Source: Lingula anatina (Eukaryota > Animalia > Brachiopoda). Taken from it: a stretch of DNA of 64,000 nucleotides. The position numbers and the translations under genes were made by a program. The DNA lies in contig CM120640.1 in NCBI GenBank assembly GCA_051362555.1, positions 60,676,788 through 60,740,787 of the forward strand, written 5' to 3'. Shown here piece by piece: positions 52,240-64,000 of this stretch (position 1 is the first letter of the stretch; the number at the start of each line of letters is the position of its first letter). The notes under the pieces were generated by a model, which was not told the origin of the DNA, made no database searches, and was given only the letters and a program-made list of their open reading frames with translations.

Positions 52240-54610
52240 CTAAAACAAAAAATGAAAACACCAAAGAGAGTGATAAACCAGGTTACTGACAGGAAAATTG
52301 AGATAATAATGAAGAAAGATGCCACCATCAGAGATGTGAAGAGAAAACTGTACTCAAATGAAATGTACATTGAATTTGCAAAAACAAAGGCAGATTTACA
52401 CAAAGCCCAAAACACCCATTATAATCTTTTGAAATATCAAGAAAAAAGAATCGTGTTCCTACTGTTCCGATTTATCAGTAGAAAAAACTTGTAAGTAAAC
52501 TAAAGGAAAAGGAAGAAACCATCAAAACTCTTGGGCATGAAAATCTACTACTGCAAGAAACCGTTGATGAACTGCAAGCAAATCCAACTATCAGTAATAA
52601 GCAAGACCTAAAGACTTATTCATCATCAGCCCACCATAGAGTATTTGTCTGTATTGTAAATAAAGTCCCGACTGCAAGCATCCCTGTCATCATGGAGGAG
52701 TTAGGGACACAGCCAGGACATAAGTCAGAGCCTGCACCCAAAAGAAGTGCTGTGGAATTAATGGTCTGGGAACTAAGTGCAACTGCTGAACTCCAGGCTT
52801 CTGAAATGGTTCTCAGAGAAAAAAAATGTCACCCTGGGTTTTGAGGCCACAACTCAGGAAGGAACCCATATAAATAGCATCCACTTTACCACCAAGAAAG
52901 AAGGTTTTTTCTGCAGCAATCAATGCACTGGCTGGTGGGACAGCAGAAGACTATGCCAGCCACATTTTCCAAACAGTTGACAGCATGGCAGAAAATTATG
53001 TTTATTTCAGTGACAGGAGTGATTACCAAGAGACAAGGCGAAGTCTCATTTATAACATCACCAACTCAATGAGAGACAGGTGTGCTGCCAACCATGTAGC
53101 TCCTTGTGGGCAGTGTGTGGAACAAGTCTCTAAATGAGTTAAACTGTCATTTACAACATTTGGATTCCATAGCCACATCCTGCAGTACTGCACTGAAAGA
53201 TTTTGAACAGGCCGAAGGCATTAAAGGGGTACTTTTTGGAAAAAACTGTATGTCTGCAAATTGCATCTTGCAAATTTACATGCTATGATATAAGGATGGA
53301 AAGGGTGACCCAGGGACGTTTCTGTCTTTTTTTTTCTGGATGAAAAAAATCTTCCCAAAGGCATTCTTCCAAGATACAGGGGCAACAGATTGTACATTCT
53401 CTTACATATTGCTGGAGTTTTGACAGAACACCATGACACCTTTTCTGAACATCTGTGACCCTGAAAAGTGTATGTACTTTAGCAAAACACCAGGCAGGTG
53501 CAAATTTTAGTTTGCTGCAAATTTGCTTCAAATTTTTCGTTGTGCTTAGGGACATCCCTTGATGGACTCAGAGAGAAGCTTCTGGAGGATTTTTCCAATG
53601 ATATCACAAGGATGGAGCTGCAGGTATTAGGCCTCATTAGAAAATTTCTATCTAACCCTTAGATGAAAAAGTTTTTCACCTCAGCTGATAATGAAATTAA
53701 TCATGTGGATGGGATAAGGGTTGTCCAAGGTGTGTTAGGGTCCATAAAAGAAATGTAGAAAAACCAGAAAATATTTTAACATCGGAAAGAGATTTCTTGG
53801 GTGGGGATGTCACTGAGGTCCATACCCTCATCAAGTTGAGGTCAGTGTCAGGTGATCTGCAACTTTTTAGTCAAATGATGGGCAGTTGCCTCCAGGCTAC
53901 CATCAGAGTTCTTGAACGACAGTATAAAAAATTTTACAATGGACATCACAGAAAAACTTTGAGAAGAGACAGAATCTGCCAGATCTCACAATATGGATGC
54001 TTAATAGTTAAGTGGAATGTTAAGTTCTGCCAAAAAGAAGTCACCAAATGCTATACACTTTGTTTCTTGTCCTCTCCTATGTGTGCATGTAAAAACAATA
54101 CGGTAGGATATTTAGATAGTACGGCAGAAGAACACCAAGATGCTGTGATAAGGAAGGCTATTCCCTATGGAAGGATGCAAAGGAATAAAAGAAAAAAAAA
54201 CACAGAAGGAGCTGAGGATAGAGATGATCCAAAGACAGAAAAGAAAACAGGAAGACCAAGACCAAAAGGAGAGAAAGAGATTGGAAAATTTGCTGTCTAT
54301 CTCCGTATTAGAAGCTGTAAAGTTGGAAAAATCAGAGTTGGATTACTCCAAGAAAGAAGAAATTACTGCCATACTTGAAGGAAAGGTCGTGGGCAGGAAA
54401 ATTTGCCATGTGTGGTCTGATGATTGTACTCTGCAGTTGTATTATGGACTGATTCGGAAACTGTACAGTAGTAAACACAAACAAAATAAGTACAAAAATG
54501 CATATTGGGACCAGTCTGAGGAACTTGATAATGCAACTGACTATGTTGTTTCAAAGTATGAATTAGTCAATGACCTGTTGTTTGGTGAACAAGATTTTGC
54601 TAGCTATTAG
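52240..54610 (+). pseudogene. Degraded hAT-superfamily-like (hATx/hATm-type) DDE transposase
   Basis: Across frameshifts: N-terminal coiled coil, TLGFEATTQEG (D1 position), TNSMRDRCAAN (D2), LNCHLQHLD (CxxH-like), PRYRGNRL, LQVLGLI.KF, KKSPNA and KNNTVGYL, with a charged tail. TIRs not identified. Confidence 0.65.
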
Positions 54611-55022
54611 AAAACTCATGTACAGTACTAACAAGGTAAGGGTCTTGAATTTCTATATCCCATAAAATTCTTTCATTTTTCTTTCAGCAGTAGAGCCAAG
54701 ATGATGCTGATCTGGCATAGCTTATGGAGAATAAAGGCAAATATCTATTTTTGCTAACTGATACCTCTTTTCCAGCGGACATGTAGGAAAGCATGCGTTC
54801 ACAAATAAAGATGTCATCAGTTTCCCAGTGATTGCTTATTGATCACTAATTACTTGATTGATATTGATTATCAATCTGAAAACGTATCAATTTCTGATTA
54901 CTAGTAATCTGCTTGTGTTATCTCCCACTTTTCATTTTAGGTATTTTCCTACTAGGTTTCAGTATTAGGGAGAGATCCAAGCACTTTCTATTTGATTACT
55001 TGATTAATGAGTGTGTGTGTGT

Positions 55023-55053
<31 letters not shown>

Positions 55054-55286
55054 GGTTATTGCTCATTAATTTATAAATCAATTGATTTTTTCCGTCTATT
55101 TCAGAATTAGATACAGTATTCTATCCAGGATGCTTCTCCTGAAATTTTCAATGAATTACCTTGATTTTTAAAGGAACAGTGGACGTTTTTGTGTAACACT
55201 TCAACTTTCATGATTACAGTTTTTCACAACTCATAATGTTAAACCAATAGAAAAAAAATGTGTCACATTGGGAAGAGTATTTTTGC

Positions 55287-55585
55287 CATTCGGAACTCCT
55301 CGACAATATCCGGCTATCTTCCGAACGCCTTGAAACTAGTCTCGGATGTATGACAGTAAAAAATGTCGCCTACGCACAACATATGTGATCAGGTCAAGAA
55401 CCCTAATGTATACCACAATCAAAACAATATAGTTCCCCCAAAACACGTGGATCTAACAAATATGGCGTCATTCGACGAATGTATTGAATATGCACTATCT
55501 TCCTGCCCACTTTTTAAAGATCAAGACTTCAAACTAGGTGAAAAACAATTGGAACACTGAGGATATTGTCGAGGAGTTCTGAATG
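55287..55585. mobile_element. Small TIR element
   Basis: cattcggaactcctcgacaatatcc is inverted as ggatattgtcgaggagttctgaatg (24 of 25 bp). Confidence 0.7.
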
Positions 55586-57305
55586 TCCTGTCAGGGCGCC
55601 GCCATGTTTATTATTGTTTACATCCGGGTATCTAGAGTAGTTTGCACTACTTCCAAAATGGCGACGTCTGTCATACGGCCGAGATATGATGACGCAGGAA
55701 TCAATCGACGGTGAGCCGAGTGTATTTTTGCAATACCTTTTCAATTTTTGGGCTACATTCTTGGCTTTGGTATCAAAATCCATCTTTTTTTTTTTTATGG
55801 TCCATCTGACTGCCTTGATTTTAGGAGGTTTTGGGGGCTTTGAATTTTTGTGTAACATACCTGAATATAAGAGACTATTCCCAAAGACTATCGTACTAAC
55901 TTTGGATCGAACTGTCTCCGAGGGGATTCTCACTCAATTGCAATTAACTTGGGCAGCTTAGATGTCTGTTATGCCTGTTGAGGCTGATAGGGGTAATTAA
56001 CTATCGTTTAGCAGCTGTAGTGGGCGTCCCAGACGTCTATGTCGCTTGGGCTGAAAGCAATTAAGCAAGGGACCCCATGGAGATGGACCGATCTTGTTAG
56101 ATCGATTTAGGGATGGGAACCCTATAAGGTAGGTATATCACAATCCGCTAGGGGCACTACAGTAGAACCTGTCCAACCGTAGTGCTGGGGAAAGCTGTTA
56201 CCAGCTTGCTCACAGGTTGCAAAAGACATTCCATTCAAAAATCTTTTTTTAGCCCTGTATAAATAAACCAATACAATCCATTTACTAACTAAGCTGGCAG
56301 TCAAAGGCTTAATTCCGGTTACCTTACCTTCCCATGTTGCTATCTTTGAGAACATCGATTTGGCAATGTTTTGAAGTTTTGGCTCGACGAAATGTTTAAA
56401 AATTCTAGGTAAGGACTGCATGCATTTTTTTTGTAACTTATACCCTTTAAACTTCGGGAAATTTGCAATCTAATTGAAAAAAAAAACGTGAAAATTGAAT
56501 GATGTGAAGTATAGTTAATTTGATGCACAATATTTATAGTACATGATCTGCACAGAAGCCATCTCAGCCATGTGCTTGTGCGGTCCCCATTTTGGTTTTG
56601 TTTCCAGGTCATTAGATTTACATATTTTGGCAGTCATCTTGGATTTGACGGCCATTTTGGAATTTTCAGACATGCCCATATATCCAAATTTGCTTAGAAT
56701 TTCACTGTCCAAAAGTGTGCCAAATTTCATGCTTGTAGGTAAAAAATGCACAATTTTTCACCAAATTCCTGGACTAATAGAGCCCTAATTTGTCTCAATT
56801 GGTCACAAGCAATTTGGGCCAAAGGCCCATTCACAGGCTGTTCTGCTGCAGTTTAGTGATCACTGCTGGTCAGTCACAGGTTTTTAGCTGAAAACTGTGG
56901 ACACATTTGGTGAAATATAGCAGTTAAAAAATTCAATATCTTTGTTGCTTGTAGGAATATTATAAAAATTCTAAAAGAATTCATCTGTTTCTTGTATTAC
57001 CTTTCAAAAGATGTAAGTATTATAATTTTCTGATCATTTTGAAATTTTTTTCTGATATAACTATCTAAGGCGTACCCCGGCCTTAGGACACAACATCGAC
57101 TTGGACTAGCGGAATTCACTTGTGCACTTTAGATATTCACTTAGTGTTTGGTCTTTTGCAGTGGCATCATTATCCATCAGAACATACCGAGAGGCACGTT
57201 GGGGCGTCTGTTTGTCTGTCCCGTGAATATCTTCAGGAGTCGTGCGGGAACAGTGTGATTCACTGGGCGCATCCATTTTTATTTTCAAAACGAGGCTTGT
57301 CGCAA

Positions 57306-57453
57306 ATGGCCATCGTCTTGAGGTGTTCTTGTACTTTGCAAAATATTGCAAGATTTATACCACAATACACTCACGAAGTTTTAATACCTCTACGCAGCTA
57401 TGCAGTTAAGGGACTTGGTAAAATTGGCGGCAAGATAGGAGTGAAAGGATCAG
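57306..57453 (+). CDS. MRPL54: MRPL54 exon 1 (mitochondrial presequence-like)
   Basis: MAIVLRCSCTLQNIARF..PLRSYAVKGLGKIGGK; phase-1 donor at 57453, with an alternative at 57417. Confidence 0.75.
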
Positions 57454-58772
57454 GTACATTGGGGATATCATCAACATGCGCCCTAGCTAGGGTGCACGCA
57501 CTTTTTTCTTATTGAGCTATTTTTATAGACTTGAAATTTGGTACACAGATAGCCACATATTTGAGTATGTGTAAACTTTTTAATTTTTTAATGTATTTCA
57601 TTTGGATCAAAAGTTATTCGAGTTTTAGTGACAACATGTTTGTCATTGTTTTCAGACGCCACTTTAAAAAATGAGTCAAAAGTTTCTCCACTTGATTTGA
57701 AACCCTTAATAATGTCATAAAAAGTGCACTTTACCACATTAAAAGTAAAGGAGCTACGCATGGACACCCAATTTAAATTTTGATTATAAGTCTTTCCCAA
57801 GCAGAGTAATCTTTGGCTCTATTCCCATAGATTTTAGATCGATCTATCCCCGCGGGGAGTCTCACTAGATTACTTTCAGATAATCCGACTTAAATGTCCG
57901 TCCCGCCTACTACAAGCTGTAAGAGGGTAATTAACTTCTGTGTCCGCCCGGCTGACAGCTATTTAGCGTGAACCCCCAGGGAGTTAGGTCGATCTAAAGT
58001 AGGTCGATCTAATCTATGGAAATGGGGTGTTTGTGAAGTAGGCAAAGTAATAGAATTTTGGTCCACAGGTGCAAAAAATAGGGGCAATACAAATTGATGC
58101 CACATGTTTTTTTCAGTTTAGGGGTGCCCTTTTAACATTTGCTTCATGGGGAACAAGAAGACGATGGACAAAAAATCCCCCCCCACCCCCCAAAAAAAAA
58201 AAAAATTGTCCAAATTTCCCTAAAAGTCTGACATGCTAGTTAAAAACATTTGAGTGTATTCAGAACAAGTTGATCCACAGACTAACAGATCCGCAGATCA
58301 GCTTTGGCTGACCCACTTGAAAGGTTGCCACATAATGCCCTAATAGACACTGTATAAATTCCCTGATCTGATAGATCTTTTAGTCCACAGATCAACTTTG
58401 CTTGTTCTTCTACATAGTATATATTTCCCCTTGCTGCACTTTGCCAAATTAAAAAAAAAAAGTTTGCCCTTAAAACTTTCACACGATCAATAGCTATATA
58501 TATATATAGCTAACTCATCCACTGACCCCTACATTTATTTATTTATATATAGTTACTTGGCTTCCAACCTTGCCTTTGCCTCTGTATTTGGCCTTATGTT
58601 TTCACTTTTTTAATAAATTTTGCTGCAATGTTTTTTTGTTTTTTTTTTGGTTGTTTGTTTGTTTTTGCGGTTTGGTGTATATGCATTTGACAGCTTTGCC
58701 ACTTAGTTATTTTATGTGCTAGGACTGTGCTTTTTTATATATACAAATTTCATGTCTACATTAATATTTCAG

Positions 58773-59050
58773 GGGGTCCAAAGAAAAAAATTGATTTGCC
58801 AGTGGAAGGAGATGTTAAGAAATTGATAATGAATTGTAGTGGATTGAATTACATGAAAGAAGGCCCTGAAGTAAAACTTAAAGAGGATCATGAATATCCA
58901 GAATGGCTCTGGAAACTGAACACTGAAAGACCTACAGCTTCTCTTGAAGGCCTGGATGAAGATTCCGATATATATTGGTATAGAGTAAGAAAATATGCCA
59001 AAGCACAGCAGCGTGCTGAGATGAAACGTTTTAAACGTTTCATAAAGTAA
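58773..59050 (+). CDS. MRPL54: MRPL54 (mL54) exon 2
   Basis: LPVEGDVKKLIMNCSGLNYMKEGPEVKLKEDHEYPEWLW is the mL54 signature; acceptor tttcag, phase 1. Confidence 0.9.
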
Positions 59051-60339
59051 AAAATAATGTCATCATGTTTCAAATTGATTTTTTATTTGATTGAAACATT
59101 CGGATTTATACAGTGGTGATTCATGGTGGATTTACTATTTTTCTCAAAACTTGCCTGGATACCTATTTTTTGTGACAATGAATGCTGTGACATAACACTA
59201 CAGTTGGACGTTGCTTGTTTGAGAATAAGGCATTAGAGAAAGTGGAAATATCTCACATCATTTTGAATCTTACTATTCTTTATAATATTTATTCTCATCC
59301 TAAGGACAGAGATGCACTTGTGTTAAAGTTACTGGTACAGGAGTTTAAAGTTTTTTTTATCAGTTTAAAAAATCAATATAATATAACAGTAATTACCTTA
59401 AAATGTCTCACATATTAAATGATTTGTAGAACTTATCATTTATTTTGAAAACTTATAATCATTTTAATGTGGTACAAGAATGCAGTGTAGTCATCACGCA
59501 ATGTCAAAATCTTGTTAAATCATATAGTGACCACAACACGGATTCCTTTCATTAGCTTGTGACACCCCAAGCTTATTGAATTTGTGTGCTTTTGGGATTT
59601 AATCCATTACATTACTTTGTGAATGGGGGTATGGATGAAAAGAAAATAACTTTTTTACTTAAAAAGTGTTTATTTTTATTGCAGTAATATTTACATAAGT
59701 ATTTTATATAAAGAACGTGGAAAAAGGCTATATCCCAAATGTAGGTAGTCTTTTAACAGTTTTCAAGAATTAAAGAATCCAAACAAGTAATATCATGGCA
59801 TTTGTAAGTATTATTTATAAAACCTTATGCAGAAAAATTCCTAAATCCGATTTATTTATTATTCCATCATTAATTGAATAGTGAATCACCTGCTAATTGT
59901 ATGTTCAAACACAAGACCTGATTACACTTAATTCAAAATAATAAGCATTAACAAACAACTTCAAACTAACATGAATGAAAGGTTTGATCCCAAACTGGCA
60001 TGGTCTTATACAATGCTTTTTTTAAAAAATAACATTTTTATCACATGAATATAAGAAATGCCTAAATCGGTATTTCAAAAGTGTTTAATATATACTCTTG
60101 ATTACGTAACATCACATCTTGGAAAAACTAATTCAAGACACTTATTTAGAATCAATGAATATACATTTATTGCAATAGCCACAATGCTGAGGTAGTTTCC
60201 GGTGATTGCATAACAATTTTGGTGGTATAAAAAAGAAAGAAAACTTGGGTATATTAACAGTATTAAAATTGAAATCTACTTCCATATCCCAGACCATGAA
60301 TCATATGCCAGTTCTTTGAATTTATATGGTAAATGTAGC

Positions 60340-60905
60340 TCATGGATTTTGAAGTTTTAGATCAGGGTTCCAAATAGTCAGAATACTTAAATAGGAAGAA
60401 ATCATCCCAAGAATTCCCTGAAGACCTTTTGAAGTCTTTACAAAACCCAAACTTGATAAAGGAAGGAGGAGATCACAAAAATTTTTTGCAGTGTCTATAG
60501 CAACTGGGTGGTTTTCTCTCAAGCACTTCTGGAAGATTTCCATGCTAGTTGGTGTTTTTCTCTCAATGTCCTTGTAGCCTCCAATACCATTCTTGTATTG
60601 GCTCCTTTTATCCCACTGGTGTAAATGTTTCTGTTCTTCTTGAACTAAATTGGAGATATCATAGATATTTCTGGTAAGATTTAGGATAAGAGATACAAGC
60701 CAAAACCTCGCCGACAATTTTGACCAGTACTTCCTTTGTGTCTCTATGAGACCTATCTTTGAAGCCCACACAATGTGGTCAACTAAAAGGTACAGGGCTT
60801 GGTTGATATGACTTAGTGTGATGGTCAGACGGAGCACAGTGTCTGATATGTGTATTGTGCTTAAACTGCTGTGTAACAGGTCAAAACTCTTGCCAAATCG
60901 AAGCA
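60340..60905 (-). CDS. PEX11: PEX11 (A/B-type) exon 3
   Basis: LRFGKS..YLLVDHIVWASKIG..WLVSLILNLTRNIY..DTAKNFCDLLLPL..GILGMISS. Confidence 0.92.
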
Positions 60906-61205
60906 CTAAAATACAAAATACCAAGAATTAACATATTTAGCATAATAAACAATAGCATGCTTTCTAATCTTATATATACATATATCAACTAAATAAAGTA
61001 AACAGACCATTGCTTTCCAGTTATTGTGGTAACAAGAAATGTACATAGCTCCAGCTTCTACTCAGGCAATGCAGACAGACAGGTGGTGGCAATACATATA
61101 CAGACACCACTGAGATATGTAATTATCAGATCTACATATAAAACAATTTAATACATACAAAGCTACTCTATCAATCTGTTCATTAGATATTAAATCAACT
61201 CTCAC

Positions 61206-61321
61206 CTTTACGTGTCATGCTTATAGCATTCTCTAGTCTTTTCAATTTTGCAGCAACCTCTGGATCTAAATGTTTTTGAAGAACATACCACTGTGCAAAT
61301 TTGCTGGTGTACTGAAAAAGT
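61206..61321 (-). CDS. PEX11: PEX11 exon 2
   Basis: LFQYTSKF..KLKRLENAISMTRK; ttgcag|..|gtgag; 116 nt, phases consistent. Confidence 0.92.
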
Positions 61322-61895
61322 CTGCAATGAAAATAATGTAAGAATTAACAGAAAGGGGGGGGGTAAGTTAATTAAAGAGCGCATGGTAAGGCCAGACAAA
61401 TTTGATGTTGGTAAACAAGCAGAAACTCTGTAAACGGTGTTGTTTGTTTGTTTGTATTTTTACATACAATGTTTAGCGAGTACAGCAGCTAAAAAATTCC
61501 CTTTCCCAAAAAATTATGATTGCCGAGCTCATCATCATACCTTTGTAGATGCATGTACCTGTGAACATACTGTCACTATACGTAAAAATATAATAAGAGT
61601 TATAACCAGATTATTCTAACTACACCTCCCCCTGAACTCATAAAGAATATGAAGATTTTCAAAATAGTTATATTCTTGTCATTAATAGGCGGAAATCTGC
61701 AGACTGTTCATCAGAATGTTTCTTCGTTAATATGTGTCGCTATTATCATGTACAATGTACTGTAGAAATTCATAATGTCCCAATATTTTGACCTGTGAAC
61801 AACACACTGCATGTAACGTGTATAGTATAGTCAAAATAAACTACTAATATATGCAGGTGTTTTAACAAACAGACTTGTAACTTTAATCATGGTAC

Positions 61896-61981
61896 CTGCA
61901 TAATTTGTCTCTTCCGGCTGTCTGTGTGTTAAATTTTACTATATGACACAGGAAGTCTTCCTCGTGTTTGTGCCTTTCCAT
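61896..61981 (-). CDS. PEX11: PEX11 exon 1
   Basis: MERHKHEEDFLCHIVKFNTQTAGRDKLCR; ag|gtacc. Confidence 0.9.
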
Positions 61982-62203
61982 CGGCTTGGTAAATATTGCA
62001 ACCACGCGTTAGAGGGCGCACTGACCCAGCCTCGCTCTGACATTTGTTGTCAATATGGCGGACATGGATACCCACTGCAAGAAATAGAGAAGTTTAAGAC
62101 AAATTTAGTATTTTGAAGGGATGTGAAGGATTTGTAAATTGTGACGCATGTACATCAGATAACTTTTCAATTTTGTATATTTGACTGCAGTATATTTGCA
62201 AGA
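61982..62203. promoter_or_regulatory. Bidirectional promoter region PEX11/WDR93
   Basis: Only 222 nt between divergent ATGs. Locally CpG-richer, with a YY1-like aatatggcgg at ~62053. Confidence 0.7.
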
Positions 62204-62461
62204 ATGCCTGTGTATATTCGTAAAACGATGGTGATTTCTCCACCGTCTATTCTCAGCCGAATGTCAGATGATGAAGATGATTACCTGACAGATCCTGATC
62301 AGATACGTGATTTATTGCCTCAGCCTTATAGAATGATAAATAAGATCATCTATAACCTTTTTGATGATATATGGGAGATTATATCTGAAAGGGAAAATGC
62401 TAGGATCGCAGAGGCATCTCGGATTAAACCCCCAAAATATGAATGTGCAATTCAAATGCAG
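62204..62461 (+). CDS. WDR93: WDR93 coding exon 1
   Basis: MPVYIRK..YLTDPDQIRDLLPQPYRMINKIIYNLFDDIWEIISER matches the WDR93 N-terminal motif; cag|gtaaac. Confidence 0.88.
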
Positions 62462-62761
62462 GTAAACTCAAAGAAATTGTGTTGAAAAACCAATTAATGT
62501 TGATTAAAAGGGATTTAGCATTTTCAAGAGACATGAGTAAGTACTTGGTATTATGAAAATGTGCATGGCCTTTTTATGTCAGTATTTTTCATTAAAACAT
62601 TAATGATTGTAAATTGTATGAGCTTTTTTCCCCAACAAATTGGGATGATCATGTACTGGCACAGACTGTACAGTCTACTATAAAACTTCATGGATTTTTT
62701 TTCTCAAATTTGAGTTATATATAGACACAATAAATAATGCTGTAATTACCTACGATTTCAG

Positions 62762-62963
62762 CCATTTGGCCAAGCCACTTGTCTCAGTGACAGTATAGAT
62801 GGACGGTACATTTTTATTGGTCTCCCTAATGGTCTAGCTGCAGTTGATGCAATGACACAACAGACAGTTACAACCTGGGAAGATGACAAGATAGAAGTGA
62901 CACAAATGCAGGTGTCGCTGATTGGAGTACAGACATATTTGCTTTGCACAGTAGATGACATGG
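62762..62963 (+). CDS. WDR93: WDR93 coding exon 2
   Basis: PFGQATCLSDSIDGRYIFIGLPNGL..LLCTVDDMG; phase 0 to 1. Confidence 0.85.
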
Positions 62964-63294
62964 GTATGTGTCATGAGCTTAGCTAAAATTTTTGAAAGCA
63001 ATTTAAAAATTACCTGTGGAAGTACACAATGTGTTTGTTCTTCATTTGTATCCTAAGCAAACCCAGTCTGATATGGTAAACCTGTTTAAAGAAAACCATT
63101 TAGAAGCAAAGTTAAACATGAAACAAGTTTAGAGTTGACAAGCTTTGTAAACTCAGCATGTTTGTTTGTTCCATCCAGATTTCTTATAATGATTGACAAA
63201 TTTAATTTAACAGGATACTGATACTGATGCTTTTAGGTAAAAAATGAATACAGTGGCAAAATACCTATATAAATGGTTTGAACTTTCTTTTCAG

Positions 63295-63438
63295 GTGTCA
63301 GTAGGTTTTTTGCCTTTGCTCAAGATAGAATACACCTTCTTAAAGTGGCTAGTGAGCAAGGTGGAAGTGGAAGTAAGACCATAATAACAAAATGTCAGGC
63401 TTCTACTGAGGGAGACTTTGTTGGAATAGTTTTTGAAG
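63295..63438 (+). CDS. WDR93: WDR93 coding exon 3
   Basis: VSRFFAFAQDRIHLLKV..STEGDFVGIVFE; 144 nt open, GT-AG. Confidence 0.8.
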
Positions 63439-63582
63439 GTAATGTTCTGTCATGTTTAATCTCAAGAAATTGTGTAAAATATTAAAAATAAAGCACTGAG
63501 ATTCTTGTTTTGAAAAATGTAAGCATCTTGTTCCCTATGACCCTAGTGTTATACCCAATTGATCTGCATATTTTTTTTAAAG

Positions 63583-63707
63583 ATACAAGCAATAAGGAAA
63601 CATGGATTGAAGTTCAAAAACTACCTAGGGATGACTGGCTTAGAGAGCTTGAAGCTACATCAAAGAAGTCTACATCACAAACAAAGCCACAAAGTCCTGC
63701 ACCACTG
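63583..63707 (+). CDS. WDR93: WDR93 coding exon 4
   Basis: WIEVQKLPRDDWLRELE; phase 1 to 0. Confidence 0.82.
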
Positions 63708-63959
63708 GTATGTAAAAATATAAAGAAAAATAATCCATTGATACAGGAAAATCATAGACAATAGACAATATGTTAAATATACAAAACATTCATGTAAAAG
63801 ATGAAATAATTACCTAGGCCCACTTCATAAATTGCAGCTCAATATGAAATAGTAGAGTAAATGCAAAAAGTGTATGCCAAACTGTTGGTATCTGTACATT
63901 TACAAGCTTTGCTGTCTAGTTTGAGGGACAGTTATGTATGAAAAATGCGTTTTATCTAG

Positions 63960-64000
63960 GGAGATGACAGTGATGCTCCAGCAGATGGAGAACAGTTACC
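63960..64000 (+). CDS. WDR93: WDR93 coding exon 5 (truncated by window end)
   Basis: tttatctag|GDDSDAPADGEQL, open in phase 0. Confidence 0.6.

Overview
AT-rich, intron-containing animal genomic DNA, not prokaryotic. The repeat content looks invertebrate and probably molluscan/lophotrochozoan (inference). Five spliced protein-coding genes were assembled by hand from GT-AG sites and reading-frame phase: (1) an uncharacterised ~924-aa protein (+, 31915-34988) with three divergent globular repeats resembling the SKI/DACH fold; (2) the AAA+ ATPase SPATA5L1/AFG2B (-, 8 coding exons, 43778-49236); (3) MRPL54 (+, 57306-59050); (4) PEX11 (-, 60340-61981); (5) the 5' part of WDR93 (+, 62204 to window end), head-to-head with PEX11 as in human. 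The first ~31 kb has no recognisable host coding exon. It is filled with transposon debris: a pogo-like element, hAT/Harbinger/piggyBac-type MITEs, Helentron-type (HINE) elements, RTE LINE and Tc1 fragments, and an ~873-bp higher-order tandem array. Top leads are a Penelope remnant whose two inverted terminal repeats each carry a minimal hammerhead-ribozyme motif with a swapped G3-C8 core pair, the triple SKI/DACH-like protein, and the conserved PEX11-WDR93 bidirectional pair. All coordinates were counted by eye, family assignments come from motif recall, and no database searches were run.
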